Source: Elusimicrobiota bacterium
GTDB lineage: Bacteria; Elusimicrobiota; Endomicrobiia; Endomicrobiales; JBDRNC01
DNA: 34,739 nucleotides
Assembly (NCBI GenBank): GCA_043811535.1
Contig: JBDRNC010000001.1
Span: 1 to 34,739, forward strand
Direction of reading: 5' to 3'
The notes under the pieces are model-generated. The model saw only the letters and a program-made list of their open reading frames with translations. It had not been told where the DNA came from and ran no database searches. Both the position numbers and the translations under genes were made by a program. Of the stretch, positions 9,801-17,766 are shown piece after piece (positions within the stretch are counted from its first letter, which is position 1; every line of letters starts with the position of its first letter).

Positions 9801-9907
9801 CCGGAAAAAGGAAACAGGAAGTGCCGGTACAAAAAGAAAATGACAAATCCAAAATTGTGATTTCAGACAAGTATAAGACGCTCTGGTACGAAATTGAAGT
9901 GAAATGA
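6857..9907 (+). CDS. Secreted multimodular glycoside hydrolase: F5/8 type C (CBM32/discoidin) domain plus a clan GH-A TIM barrel with an inserted CBM4/9-like domain
   Basis: Signal peptide; A.D.DKGTRWSS..DNQWI (discoidin); GVNVVRFH, EINNEN (acid/base) and VSEY (nucleophile); LLANGDFSKG..NW...YTLSFRAKAD (CBM4/9). Confidence 0.8.
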   Translation: MMRPHKTLAILIVLSALATAVSNAAVTVTASSEQAPEFQASYAADTDKGTRWSSEFADNQWIMFDLGKRQSAAGLIVLWEDAFAKEYKILVSDNKVNWKEVKDIKNAPGGEETVNFGKALKFRYCKLELIKRATGWGFSIYECRFLNDKEFKNELARNAPPKDMFAFPLPMDDSEPVFFDLSVLNHKPAGKHGRVTAGPDGHFYAGGKRIKFVGVDMTELPTKENAEKTAKHLAKYGVNVVRFHLMEWFIFDGRFGDTRHLRKDMLDTFDCFVAKLKENGIYSNVNLLCGRNFMPSDGLPESIKNIDWKEQGSIACIDKRMIELQKEYAKNLLDRVNPYTGLSYIEDPAIAFVEINNENGVIISWLRGYYDKLTEDFSADMKKEWNEYLLKKYKTAENLKKTWSINDPPGKELLANGDFSKGTENWYVEQHEGARIVNTVEKDGPGVKNASKIEVVKTGAYNWHIQFNQRSLELKKDAFYTLSFRAKADRNKTITVTVNQAYEPWEGMGFTQDIKLTKEWGKYEYIVAPVKSDSDARLSFFNMCSGTGTYWFADVSLKPGVNTDFAAADGLNRMMVGLIGFSDINKVVPRALNDWLSFLFQEERHYWGTMYKYLKDELKGKFLVCGTVVGCSTPNSMNELDYIDTHAYWMHPGFPNQAWSRTDWFVGNNALIDEPLGQPVSEVAVKRVYGKPFTVSEYDHPAPNVYAAEAYLLLGSYSAFQDWDGYYGFAYGDLTYDWIKSHFCLGQHTSKFMNFLAAACLFRRGDISPSGKTAYVDMSFADEMDIIKRYRYAWIVTDAEFKGMRRETSFLYKTCIVPEGGQAQKGWVKAEQAEIPVDGIYRSDTGEIEWDTKAGIFKVDTPMSKIIAGRVAGKKFDLDGISIKPGANKLNWCTFTMTAFETQDFKKPPMKILLTATGAVMNSGMKYKVYPDIPVDFPPPEDALVTLGADWGRSPVIAEGISAEIVLPYKKESVKVYALDNTGKRKQEVPVQKENDKSKIVISDKYKTLWYEIEVK

Positions 9908-9912
9908 CCGAC

Positions 9913-9944
9913 GCCTCCCGCCACTACCGCAGTGGCGGATGGCA
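9913..9944. repeat. 32-bp hairpin repeat, copy 2
   Basis: gcctcccgccac-taccgc-agtggcggatggca. Confidence 0.85.
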
Positions 9945-9953
9945 TAATGACAA

Positions 9954-10808
9954 ATGAAAGCAAAAAAGAATATCTTAATTATCGGCCCTATGTTTGTATT
10001 CATTGTTTCCGCGATATACGCCGGAGCCGCGGGGCTTGAAGTAAGCGTCGTTCCGGACAGTAACATTGCCGGGCTGTACGTGAAAAGCCCGGATTTACCG
10101 GATGATGTAATATTATTCGGAACCTGCGAAGGGATTGTTGACGGAAATAGTGATTTCGGGCTTTTTCTCATTAAACTTGACGGGAAACCGGAAAACGGCG
10201 GAAGGAAATGGCAGGTCAACGGCAATAAATTCTCGTACGAATGGTTTTATAAGCAGGGAATAGAATTAAAGTTCTCGTCAAAGGTTGAAAAAAACGATAT
10301 TTTGCTGGAGTACACGCTGAAAAACATGTCAAACGCTGTAATGAACAATCCTAATATTCACGTGTGCCTTCAAACGACCAGGATGAATTCATTTATTCCG
10401 GGCCAACCGTACACTGAAATGCTAAAAAGGATATATCTCTGGTCAAAAGGCCGGAAATTCGCCATGAGTGAAACCGAGTTCGGGTTGAACGAAATACATC
10501 CCGCGCTTCTGGCGGAAAATGAAAAGCCGTTCAATTGGGGCCCGAGTTGGTGGAAGTATTCCTCGAAAACATTTGATATCCCGCTCCTCGCGCTGGAAAG
10601 CAACGACGGCAAAAGCGTTGTAGCTCTTGCGTTTGAAGACGCGGTATGGGCATCCTGCAACGCAGGCGACGAGCGTGTCTGCCTGCACCTGTTCCCGTAT
10701 TTCGGCGAGATCAAGCCCGGCGAAAGCGTTACGACAAAAGGCAAGCTGTATATCCTCAAGGGAACGCCTGAAACCGCGTATAAGTTATTTTACAAAGATT
10801 TCCGTTGA
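9954..10808 (+). CDS. Secreted hypothetical protein, probably beta-rich
   Basis: 284-aa ORF with a signal peptide, between two glycoside hydrolase genes. Confidence 0.7.
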   Translation: MKAKKNILIIGPMFVFIVSAIYAGAAGLEVSVVPDSNIAGLYVKSPDLPDDVILFGTCEGIVDGNSDFGLFLIKLDGKPENGGRKWQVNGNKFSYEWFYKQGIELKFSSKVEKNDILLEYTLKNMSNAVMNNPNIHVCLQTTRMNSFIPGQPYTEMLKRIYLWSKGRKFAMSETEFGLNEIHPALLAENEKPFNWGPSWWKYSSKTFDIPLLALESNDGKSVVALAFEDAVWASCNAGDERVCLHLFPYFGEIKPGESVTTKGKLYILKGTPETAYKLFYKDFR

Positions 10809-10843
10809 GGGATAGCAGCACTATTTTACTGACTGCTAAAAAT

Positions 10844-12256
10844 ATGAAAGCAAATAAAATTCTAACAATTGCTCTTGCGTTGTCTGCGCTTATGTCAGTG
10901 ATATCGGCGCGCAGTTTATTTGCCGATACTATGCCTGATTGCACGGTAATGGTGCAGAAAAAGAACCAGCAGACGATAAAGGGTTGGGGATGCTTCCCTA
11001 CATACACCTGCTATTGGGAAAGAGCGGACGAATTCATCAAGAACGATAAAATACAATCATTAATATATGATGAATTGGGGATTACCGTCGCGCGTTTTGA
11101 CCTGCTGCCGGATTTTTACGATGCTTCAAAGGACGATGGTTCGCTTAATATAAATTCACTGGAGGCGCTGATAGAAAAAATCATAAAACCCGCGCAAAAT
11201 CACGGCATAAGGCAGTATTTCTTCTCTCCATGGACGCCGCCGCTTCCGTTTAGAAAATTCAACACATGGATGCCGTACGGGCCGAACAAGGAATTAAATA
11301 ATTTAAAAGTTGAAAGAGAAGATGATTATGTAAGGTATATCGTTGAGGTGTTGAAATATATACGCGTAAAAGGCGTAACTCTGCCGATAGGCGTTTCAAT
11401 CCAGAATGAACTTAAGTCGATGGTTGAATGGCAGGGCTGCATCTATTCAAGGGAACAGTACCAAAGAGTGGCAAAAAAGCTGAGAAAAGCCCTGGATGCG
11501 AATAATCTAAATAAAGTGCTGATTCTCGGCCCCGAGGGCGCGTTAATAGACGATAACGCCGAGATATTAGGCGGTTTCGATCTTCCTGATTTGAAAAATG
11601 ACAAGGAATTGAATAGGGCGATTGGGGCCATAGCTCACCATACTTATGACCAATGGCAGGAAGGCACAAAAGACCCTTCGTTATTCAAAAGATATAATAA
11701 CGCAGCCGTCAATACGGGTAAAGACCTGTGGATGACTGAATGGAGCGTGGGAGTCGGCGGGAGCGAGATCGAAAAGGTCATTAATACCATGCGCCATGTA
11801 ATCAGGGATCTCGTCCTGGTGCGGAACAATTATTACATTTGGTGGCTTGGATGGGATTTTAAAAATACCGAGTATGCCCTGCTTGTGGAAGGCAAGGGCG
11901 AAGATGTAAAGAAAACAAAGCTGTTTTATATCTTCCAGAAACTTTTTAATAACGCTTCGCCGGGCTGCGCGGTCAGACATCTTACGACGGATGATCCGGA
12001 CTTGAGAGCGAATGACGCGTTCTATATAGATATGGTGGCGTTTGACAGCGGTAAATCAATGGTTGTACTGCTTGCCAATTATACAACGAAAGACAAAAAG
12101 ATGTTATTGAAGGGTTTAAAAGGAAAGAAAATAAATGAATATCAAACGACAGAGACAGAAGATATGGCGGATAGGGGCGTAAAGGACATTATAAATGGTT
12201 CGGCAGAAATAATTCTCCCACAAAAGAGTGTTGTGATACTGGTGACGCATAAATGA
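10844..12256 (+). CDS. Secreted GH30-like glycoside hydrolase
   Basis: QTIKGWG, FSPWTPP, SIQNE (acid/base), WMTEW (nucleophile), C-terminal beta domain LPQKSVV. Start set to the ATG at 10844, which precedes the signal peptide. Confidence 0.8.
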   Translation: MKANKILTIALALSALMSVISARSLFADTMPDCTVMVQKKNQQTIKGWGCFPTYTCYWERADEFIKNDKIQSLIYDELGITVARFDLLPDFYDASKDDGSLNINSLEALIEKIIKPAQNHGIRQYFFSPWTPPLPFRKFNTWMPYGPNKELNNLKVEREDDYVRYIVEVLKYIRVKGVTLPIGVSIQNELKSMVEWQGCIYSREQYQRVAKKLRKALDANNLNKVLILGPEGALIDDNAEILGGFDLPDLKNDKELNRAIGAIAHHTYDQWQEGTKDPSLFKRYNNAAVNTGKDLWMTEWSVGVGGSEIEKVINTMRHVIRDLVLVRNNYYIWWLGWDFKNTEYALLVEGKGEDVKKTKLFYIFQKLFNNASPGCAVRHLTTDDPDLRANDAFYIDMVAFDSGKSMVVLLANYTTKDKKMLLKGLKGKKINEYQTTETEDMADRGVKDIINGSAEIILPQKSVVILVTHK

Positions 12257-12780
12257 TTCAAAAGTGTAATTCATCCGATTTTGACGCTGTACTGGCCATC
12301 ATCAACGATGCTGCTTCGGCGTACAAGGGCGTTATACCTGACGACTGTTGGCACGAACCGTACATGTCGGCCGAGAACCTGCGGAAAGATATTGACGCGA
12401 AGGTTGTGTTTTACGGCTACGAAGATCAAGGATCCGCTGCGGCGGGAAATGGGAAGCTCATCGGTGTTATGGGCACGCAGGAATTTGACGATGTAACTCT
12501 GATAAGGCACGCTTACGTTCTGACGTCGCACAGGAACAAAGGAATCGGCGGGAAACTGCTTGAATATATAAAAACGCTTTCGGACAAGCCGTTTCTCGTA
12601 GGTACATGGCGGGACACTGCCTGGTCAATAATGTTTTATCAGAAACACGGTTTCAGCGTGCTGGACACGAAAAGAATCGCGCACTTGCTCAATAAATACT
12701 GGACGGTTTCGGACCGCCACCGCGAGATGTCGGTCGTTCTCGCAAACAGGAAATGGCTCGACAGGGCGGCGAACACTTAA
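12253..12780 (+). CDS. GNAT family N-acetyltransferase
   Basis: Acetyl-CoA motif YVLTSHRNKGIGGKLL and FYQKHGF. Confidence 0.9.
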   Translation: MIQKCNSSDFDAVLAIINDAASAYKGVIPDDCWHEPYMSAENLRKDIDAKVVFYGYEDQGSAAAGNGKLIGVMGTQEFDDVTLIRHAYVLTSHRNKGIGGKLLEYIKTLSDKPFLVGTWRDTAWSIMFYQKHGFSVLDTKRIAHLLNKYWTVSDRHREMSVVLANRKWLDRAANT

Positions 12781-12823
12781 ACAGCCCGGGAAGCGCAACG
12801 AAGAAACAGGAGGAATATGCTCG

Positions 12824-13747
12824 GTGAATAAATTACTGCTTGGAATAATGATTGTCATGTTGTCATCATTGGCGGCGGCGGGTGAAATGACAACAATTGA
12901 TATTGTGAAAGAATATAAACAGAATCTTCTGGATTTGGACAGGAACAACGTTGATTCAATATCAATCGCATTGAATAAGTACAAGGATATGTTCAAGGTG
13001 ATAAAGGATACTACCGCGCAGAATGTCTCTTATAAATTATGGTCTGAACTTGCCGACGCTATTAAGGATATCCAGCAGAATAGATTGTACGATGAGAATG
13101 AACTTTCTTCCGAGATATTGGAAAAAGGCGGGAAAATAGAAGATAAACTGTATGAAAGCCCTGAAATGCAGGAGAAAACGCGGGAATACATGAAAACCCT
13201 TGAAAGGAACGGGATTGATGTTTATGTTACGGAAGGAAACCCGTACTTAATGTTAGATTTGGAATATCAGAAAAAACATTTCTTCAAATATATCAATGGT
13301 TTTGAAAAAGATTATATAAATATCAGGGCGGACGAGATAAAGGAAGGGTATACCGAAGGCGCGGCTGTTATTATTCCGTGGGACTCGATCAGGAAAAGAA
13401 TAATAAGATGGGAGAACTACGCCAAAAAGTATCCGGAGAAAAGGATTGTCGATGCCGCGAATGTATTCATCAGCGAATACCTGTGCATGTACATATCGGG
13501 AAACGCGAACAGCCCGCTGTTTGACGAAAATAAGGACTTTTCAAAAAGCACGCTGCTGCCAGCGGTAAAAGAAAGCTATGAAGCATATTTAAGAAACAAC
13601 AAGGACTCCATGTATTATCGGGTTATCAGGGATTTATATAGTCTGCTGTCGGAGAATGGATTCAGGATGAATCCGGCGAAATACGAAGCGTTATTGAAAG
13701 AATATCAACTGTATTCAATGGGCGGAATCCAGCCGCTGATCAGATAA
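12824..13747 (+). CDS. Secreted hypothetical protein
   Basis: 307-aa ORF with a signal peptide and an upstream SD. Confidence 0.7.
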   Translation: MNKLLLGIMIVMLSSLAAAGEMTTIDIVKEYKQNLLDLDRNNVDSISIALNKYKDMFKVIKDTTAQNVSYKLWSELADAIKDIQQNRLYDENELSSEILEKGGKIEDKLYESPEMQEKTREYMKTLERNGIDVYVTEGNPYLMLDLEYQKKHFFKYINGFEKDYINIRADEIKEGYTEGAAVIIPWDSIRKRIIRWENYAKKYPEKRIVDAANVFISEYLCMYISGNANSPLFDENKDFSKSTLLPAVKESYEAYLRNNKDSMYYRVIRDLYSLLSENGFRMNPAKYEALLKEYQLYSMGGIQPLIR

Positions 13748-13760
13748 ATATGGAATTAAC

Positions 13761-13952
13761 ATGGCGAATAAAATAGTAATAATAGAAGAAAACGCGTGCA
13801 CGGGCTGCGGGGCGTGCGTGGACCTGTGCCCAATGCGCATATTGTATATTGATGAGAAGACCGGAAAGTGCAAGGTAACAGATGAAAATAAATGCGACAG
13901 GCGCCGCGGCTGTGAGCGCGTCTGTCCGACGGAGGCGATAAAAATAAAATGA
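13761..13952 (+). CDS. Small dicluster-type ferredoxin
   Basis: CTGCGACVDLCP and CDRRRGCERVCP. Confidence 0.9.
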   Translation: MANKIVIIEENACTGCGACVDLCPMRILYIDEKTGKCKVTDENKCDRRRGCERVCPTEAIKIK

Positions 13953-14509
13953 AGAAAATCATTTTTTTATCAGTATTGACGGTAATATCAGCTGCGTTTG
14001 TTTCTCCGCTTTGGGCCCTTGACGTGAGCGCGACAGCCGGGAGCGGCAGTTACCAGTGGACGGATTCGGATTCAAAAGGCGTTTTTTCGGACGGGAACAC
14101 TTTCAACGTGAAAGTCCGGGTCGGCCTGACAAAACATTTCGGGCTGGGTTACTCCTACACTAGCTGGAAAACGGAATCGAGCCTTACCCCCGGCCTTGAA
14201 TACAGCTGGGTGTCAAACAGCCTGCTCGCCGATTACACATTCTCCAAACTGCTTATTTTTACGCCTTATGTCGGCGGTGGCATAAGCTCCTACAAGAACG
14301 ACATCAGCGGAAGGATCGGCGCGGTCCCTTACAGCAAGTCCAGCTCGCATAACGGCCTGGTATTTTTGGGCGGTGTGCAGATGATGCTGATGAGAAGCAT
14401 CTACGTAGATTACGGCGTTAACTCATATTATATTTTCAAAAGCGGCGATATGACGTCCGACAGGCAGATGATGGACAGGCATTTCGGCATCTATTTCCAG
14501 ATATATTGA
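13949..14509 (+). CDS. Small outer-membrane beta-barrel protein (OmpW/OmpA-membrane-like)
   Basis: Signal peptide, PYVGGG motif, alternating beta strands, aromatic C-terminus. Confidence 0.75.
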   Translation: MKKIIFLSVLTVISAAFVSPLWALDVSATAGSGSYQWTDSDSKGVFSDGNTFNVKVRVGLTKHFGLGYSYTSWKTESSLTPGLEYSWVSNSLLADYTFSKLLIFTPYVGGGISSYKNDISGRIGAVPYSKSSSHNGLVFLGGVQMMLMRSIYVDYGVNSYYIFKSGDMTSDRQMMDRHFGIYFQIY

Positions 14510-14632
14510 AGCTCTGCCCGATTTATCGGGCATTTGAATAAGATGTTCACAGTAAGCTGAAAACTCCATCCTTCGGAGGACGTTGCGCCGTAGTCCGCCA
14601 CGGCGGACGTAGGTGGATTGAAGCTCTGCCCG
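14505..14632. repeat. 16-bp direct repeats (ATTGAAGCTCTGCCCG at 14505-14520 and 14617-14632) enclosing small hairpins
   Basis: Exact duplication; internal hairpins tgcccgatttatcgggca, tccttcggagga and gtccgccacggcggac. Confidence 0.75.
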
Positions 14633-14666
14633 GTTAACGCGATAAAAATAAAGGGAGGAAATTGAA

Positions 14667-15569
14667 ATGAAAAATCTATTGTTTATTTTGTTGGCGGCGG
14701 TATTGATGACAGGCTGCGTTTCTATGCCAAAGTACAAAATGAAGGTTGACGAAGCGGCCAAGTACCAGGCGGAAGCGAACGACTTGACGGTGAAGATAGG
14801 TAATCTTCAGGCGGATTACGACAAGCTTAGCGCGGAAAAAGCAGTGCTTGAAAAGCAGTTGTCGGATCTTCAGGCGGACAACAAAAAACTAACAGATACA
14901 ATGTCTGCCAGCAACAGTGAAAAAAATCAAACTATAAGCGACCTCACAAAGACAAAACAGTCGCTTGAGGGGAACATCAGGGACCTGAACCAGCAGATAA
15001 CGGCGAAAAATGCCGAGATTGATAATTTAAACAATCATCTGGACGCTCTTAAAAAGGAAAAAGAAGAAGCGCTTGCCAGCATGAAGAACAGCTATGACAA
15101 CCTGGTAATGGGGCTTCAATCAGAAATAACTCAGGGCGAGATACAGATAACTCAGCTGGAAGGCAAGCTTACCGTAAACATGGTAGATAAGGTACTTTTT
15201 GATTCAGGCAAGGCCGAAGTCAGTAAACAGGGGAGAGCCACTCTTGACAGGATCGGAGCAATACTGAAAAAGATCATCGATAAACAAATAAGGGTTGAAG
15301 GTCATACTGATAATGTGCTGATCAGCAGGGAATTGCAGGACAAGTATCCTACAAACTGGGAGCTCTCTACCGCGCGGGCGACAAATGTGGCAAGGTATCT
15401 TATAGATAAAGCGGGTGTTGACAAAAAATTCGTGGCGGTTTCGGGTTATGCCGATACGAAACCCGTAGACACAAATACCACGCCGGAAGGAAAGGCAAAG
15501 AACAGGCGCATTGAAATAGTCTTGGTGCCGCTGGAAAACCCCGCGGTAAATCCCTCTATGAATAAGTAA
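14667..15569 (+). CDS. OmpA/MotB-family lipoprotein with an N-terminal coiled coil
   Basis: Lipobox MTGC, long heptad region, LFDSGKA, VEGHTDN, NWELSTARA, KNRRIEI. Confidence 0.9.
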   Translation: MKNLLFILLAAVLMTGCVSMPKYKMKVDEAAKYQAEANDLTVKIGNLQADYDKLSAEKAVLEKQLSDLQADNKKLTDTMSASNSEKNQTISDLTKTKQSLEGNIRDLNQQITAKNAEIDNLNNHLDALKKEKEEALASMKNSYDNLVMGLQSEITQGEIQITQLEGKLTVNMVDKVLFDSGKAEVSKQGRATLDRIGAILKKIIDKQIRVEGHTDNVLISRELQDKYPTNWELSTARATNVARYLIDKAGVDKKFVAVSGYADTKPVDTNTTPEGKAKNRRIEIVLVPLENPAVNPSMNK

Positions 15570-15644
15570 CTGGAAAAAATGAAAATTTACCCGATTCATC
15601 AGGGCGTAACAGTCAGGCTTAAACTAATAATGAAGAGGTGCTAA

Positions 15645-15778
15645 TACCCTAAAGGGTATGTCAGAATTAAATGTTAATAAGGAGTTCCATACCCTAAAGG
15701 GTACTTCATAATAAATTAAAAAAGAGGTGTTCGTACCCTAAAGGGTATGTCAAAATTAAATAGTAATAAGGAGTTCCA
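15645..15778 (+). mobile_element. Three tandem hairpin-tail mini-elements (45, 44 and 45 bp) at the deaD start codon
   Basis: Each begins TACCCTAAAGGGTA (15645, 15690, 15734), then TGTCA or CTTCA, an AT-rich tail and an SD; units 1 and 3 are 42/45 identical. Confidence 0.65.
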
Positions 15779-17475
15779 TGAAAAAACTGAAATTTGAAGA
15801 GTTATCGTTGTCGCACGAGATCGCGAAAGCCGTGGCAGATATGGGTTTTGAGGAAGCGACGCCGATACAGTCGCTGTCCATACCGCATATACTTAACGGG
15901 AAAGACGTCATAGGGCAGGCGCAGACCGGCACAGGCAAGACGGCGGCGTTCGGGATACCTATCCTGGAGGCGATTGACGCGAAAAATCCGAAACCTCAGT
16001 CTATAATCCTGTGTCCGACAAGGGAACTCGCGATACAGGTCGCAGAGGAGCTCAAGCGTCTCGCGAAATACAAGAAAGGCATCGTAATACTGCCGGTTTA
16101 CGGAGGCCAGCCGATAGACCGCCAGATACACGCGCTCAGAAAAGGCGTGCAGATTATAATAGGCACTCCCGGGCGCGTTATGGACCATCTTGACAGGCGC
16201 ACGCTAAGGCTGGACGGCGTCAAAATCGTCGTTCTTGACGAGGCCGATGAGATGCTGGACATGGGTTTCCGCGACGATATAGAAATAATACTCAAAAACG
16301 TTCCGGTTGTCCGTCAGACGGTGTTTTTCTCGGCGACGATGCCGAAACCGTTTCTGGAACTGACTAAAAAATACCAGAAGCACCCCGTAATAGTGAAAGT
16401 CGTCCATGACAAGCTTACCGTTCCGAACGTGGAACAGTCATATTTCGAGGTTAAGGAAGGCATGAAAATGGAGATGCTTTCCCGCGTGATAGACGTTTAC
16501 GACCCGAAGCTCGCGCTTGTCTTCTGCAACACCAAGCGCAAGGTGGATGAAGTTGTCAGCCATCTGCAGGCGCGCGGGTATTTTGCGGACGGCATACACG
16601 GCGACATGAACCAGGGCCAGCGCGACCGCGTCATGGCCAAGTTCAGGAAAGGCGCTGTGGAGATACTTGTCGCCACGGACGTCGCGGCCCGCGGGATAGA
16701 CGTTGAAAATGTTGACGCGGTCATAAATTACGACGCTCCCCAGGATGAAGAATACTACGTGCACAGGATAGGGCGCACAGCGCGCGCGGGAAAATCGGGC
16801 CACGCCTTTACTTTTGTTTCAGGCAGGGACATTTACAAGATCCGCGACATCCAGCGATACGCGAAAGTCGAGATAAAGAGAAAAATAGTCCCTTCGCAGA
16901 AAGACGTGGAGAATATAAGAGCCTCGCAGTTCCTGGATAAAGTAAAAGAAGAGATGAATTCGCCGGACATAGGCAAATACATCGGCATGATAGAACGCCT
17001 CATAGAACCGGACGTAAACACGCTCGACATTGCGGCCGCGCTTTTAAAAATGAACATAGAAAAATCGTCAGCGTCGAAAGAAACAAAGGCCGGAGCAGGC
17101 AAGGTTTACCCCGCAGATGCTCAGAATGAGCCATATACTAATACAGGACCAAAAAAACATTTTAAGCATGGAGGAGAAAATAATCGTTCTCACAAGGCAT
17201 CATACGTGGATTACGGCGATACAGGCGCGGAGGCCGGAATGGTGCGCATCTTCATTAATGTCGGGCGCGCGCAGAATATAGGGCCCGGCGACATAGTTGG
17301 CGCCATAGCGGGAGAGGTCGGCGTTCCCGGGAAATCCATAGGAAAGATAGACATGCACGACAGGTTCAGTTTCGTCGAGGTGTCCGAAGCCGACGCCGGC
17401 AGAATTATTTCCGTCATGCGTTCCAAGCAGATAAAAGGCAACAAGATAAACATGGAAGCAGCGAATAAGAAATAA
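15778..17475 (+). CDS. deaD: DEAD-box RNA helicase with a DbpA-type RNA-binding domain
   Basis: Q motif, AQTGTGKT, PTRELA, DEAD, SAT, HRIGRTAR, and C-terminal INVGR...GDIVGAIAGE. Confidence 0.93.
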   Translation: MKKLKFEELSLSHEIAKAVADMGFEEATPIQSLSIPHILNGKDVIGQAQTGTGKTAAFGIPILEAIDAKNPKPQSIILCPTRELAIQVAEELKRLAKYKKGIVILPVYGGQPIDRQIHALRKGVQIIIGTPGRVMDHLDRRTLRLDGVKIVVLDEADEMLDMGFRDDIEIILKNVPVVRQTVFFSATMPKPFLELTKKYQKHPVIVKVVHDKLTVPNVEQSYFEVKEGMKMEMLSRVIDVYDPKLALVFCNTKRKVDEVVSHLQARGYFADGIHGDMNQGQRDRVMAKFRKGAVEILVATDVAARGIDVENVDAVINYDAPQDEEYYVHRIGRTARAGKSGHAFTFVSGRDIYKIRDIQRYAKVEIKRKIVPSQKDVENIRASQFLDKVKEEMNSPDIGKYIGMIERLIEPDVNTLDIAAALLKMNIEKSSASKETKAGAGKVYPADAQNEPYTNTGPKKHFKHGGENNRSHKASYVDYGDTGAEAGMVRIFINVGRAQNIGPGDIVGAIAGEVGVPGKSIGKIDMHDRFSFVEVSEADAGRIISVMRSKQIKGNKINMEAANKK

Positions 17476-17481
17476 TAAGCA

Positions 17482-17607
17482 AAATGGCTAATAAATAATA
17501 ACACCATGGCTAAACTGCTGAATGGCTAAATGGTTAAAGTCTTTGGCAATTTAGCCATATGGCCATGTAGTTAATTAACCGTTTAGCCATCTGGCCATAT
17601 AACCATT
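17482..17607. repeat. Inverted 8-mer array hairpin, family A (longest copy)
   Basis: catggcta aactgctg aatggcta aatggtta ... tggcaatt tagccata tggccatg ... tagccatc tggccata taaccatt. Confidence 0.85.
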
Positions 17608-17626
17608 TATTTAAAGGAGTTTACAA

Positions 17627-17766
17627 TCCCGCTCCGTCCCGCTTAGCGGGACTTCGGGGATGTCACAAACTGCAATATAATAAAACACTGGAGGTGTGTA
17701 CTCCTGATTCGCTTCGCTTTCGGGATTTCGCATACGGTAATTTAATTAACACTAAGGAGCTCAACA
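17627..17766 (+). mobile_element. Two tandem hairpin-tail mini-elements (17627-17698 and 17699-17766) at the yajQ start codon
   Basis: Hairpin + TGTCA + tail ending GGAGGTGTG; hairpin + TTTCG + CATACGGTAATTTAAT tail ending AAGGAGCTCAACA; an orphan SD (AAGGAG tttaca A) lies upstream. Confidence 0.6.

Noticed and set aside
14505..14632. CRISPR repeat suggested by ATTGAAGC
   Set aside because: Only two 16-bp copies, 96 bp apart, with no array.
6001..15569. Integron cassette array
   Set aside because: No integrase and no repeated attC-type RYYYAAC...GTTRRRY sites between genes; several genes overlap as operons.
15645..15778. CRISPR array (regular 44-45 bp period with a palindromic repeat)
   Set aside because: The repeat is only 14 bp, 'spacers' 1 and 3 are nearly identical and carry SD motifs, and there are no cas genes.
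17694..17765. N-terminal extension of YajQ (likewise the extensions of DgkA, the HD-GYP protein and ParA in the ORF track)
   Set aside because: The extensions translate repeats or promoter DNA; family homology starts at the downstream ATG.
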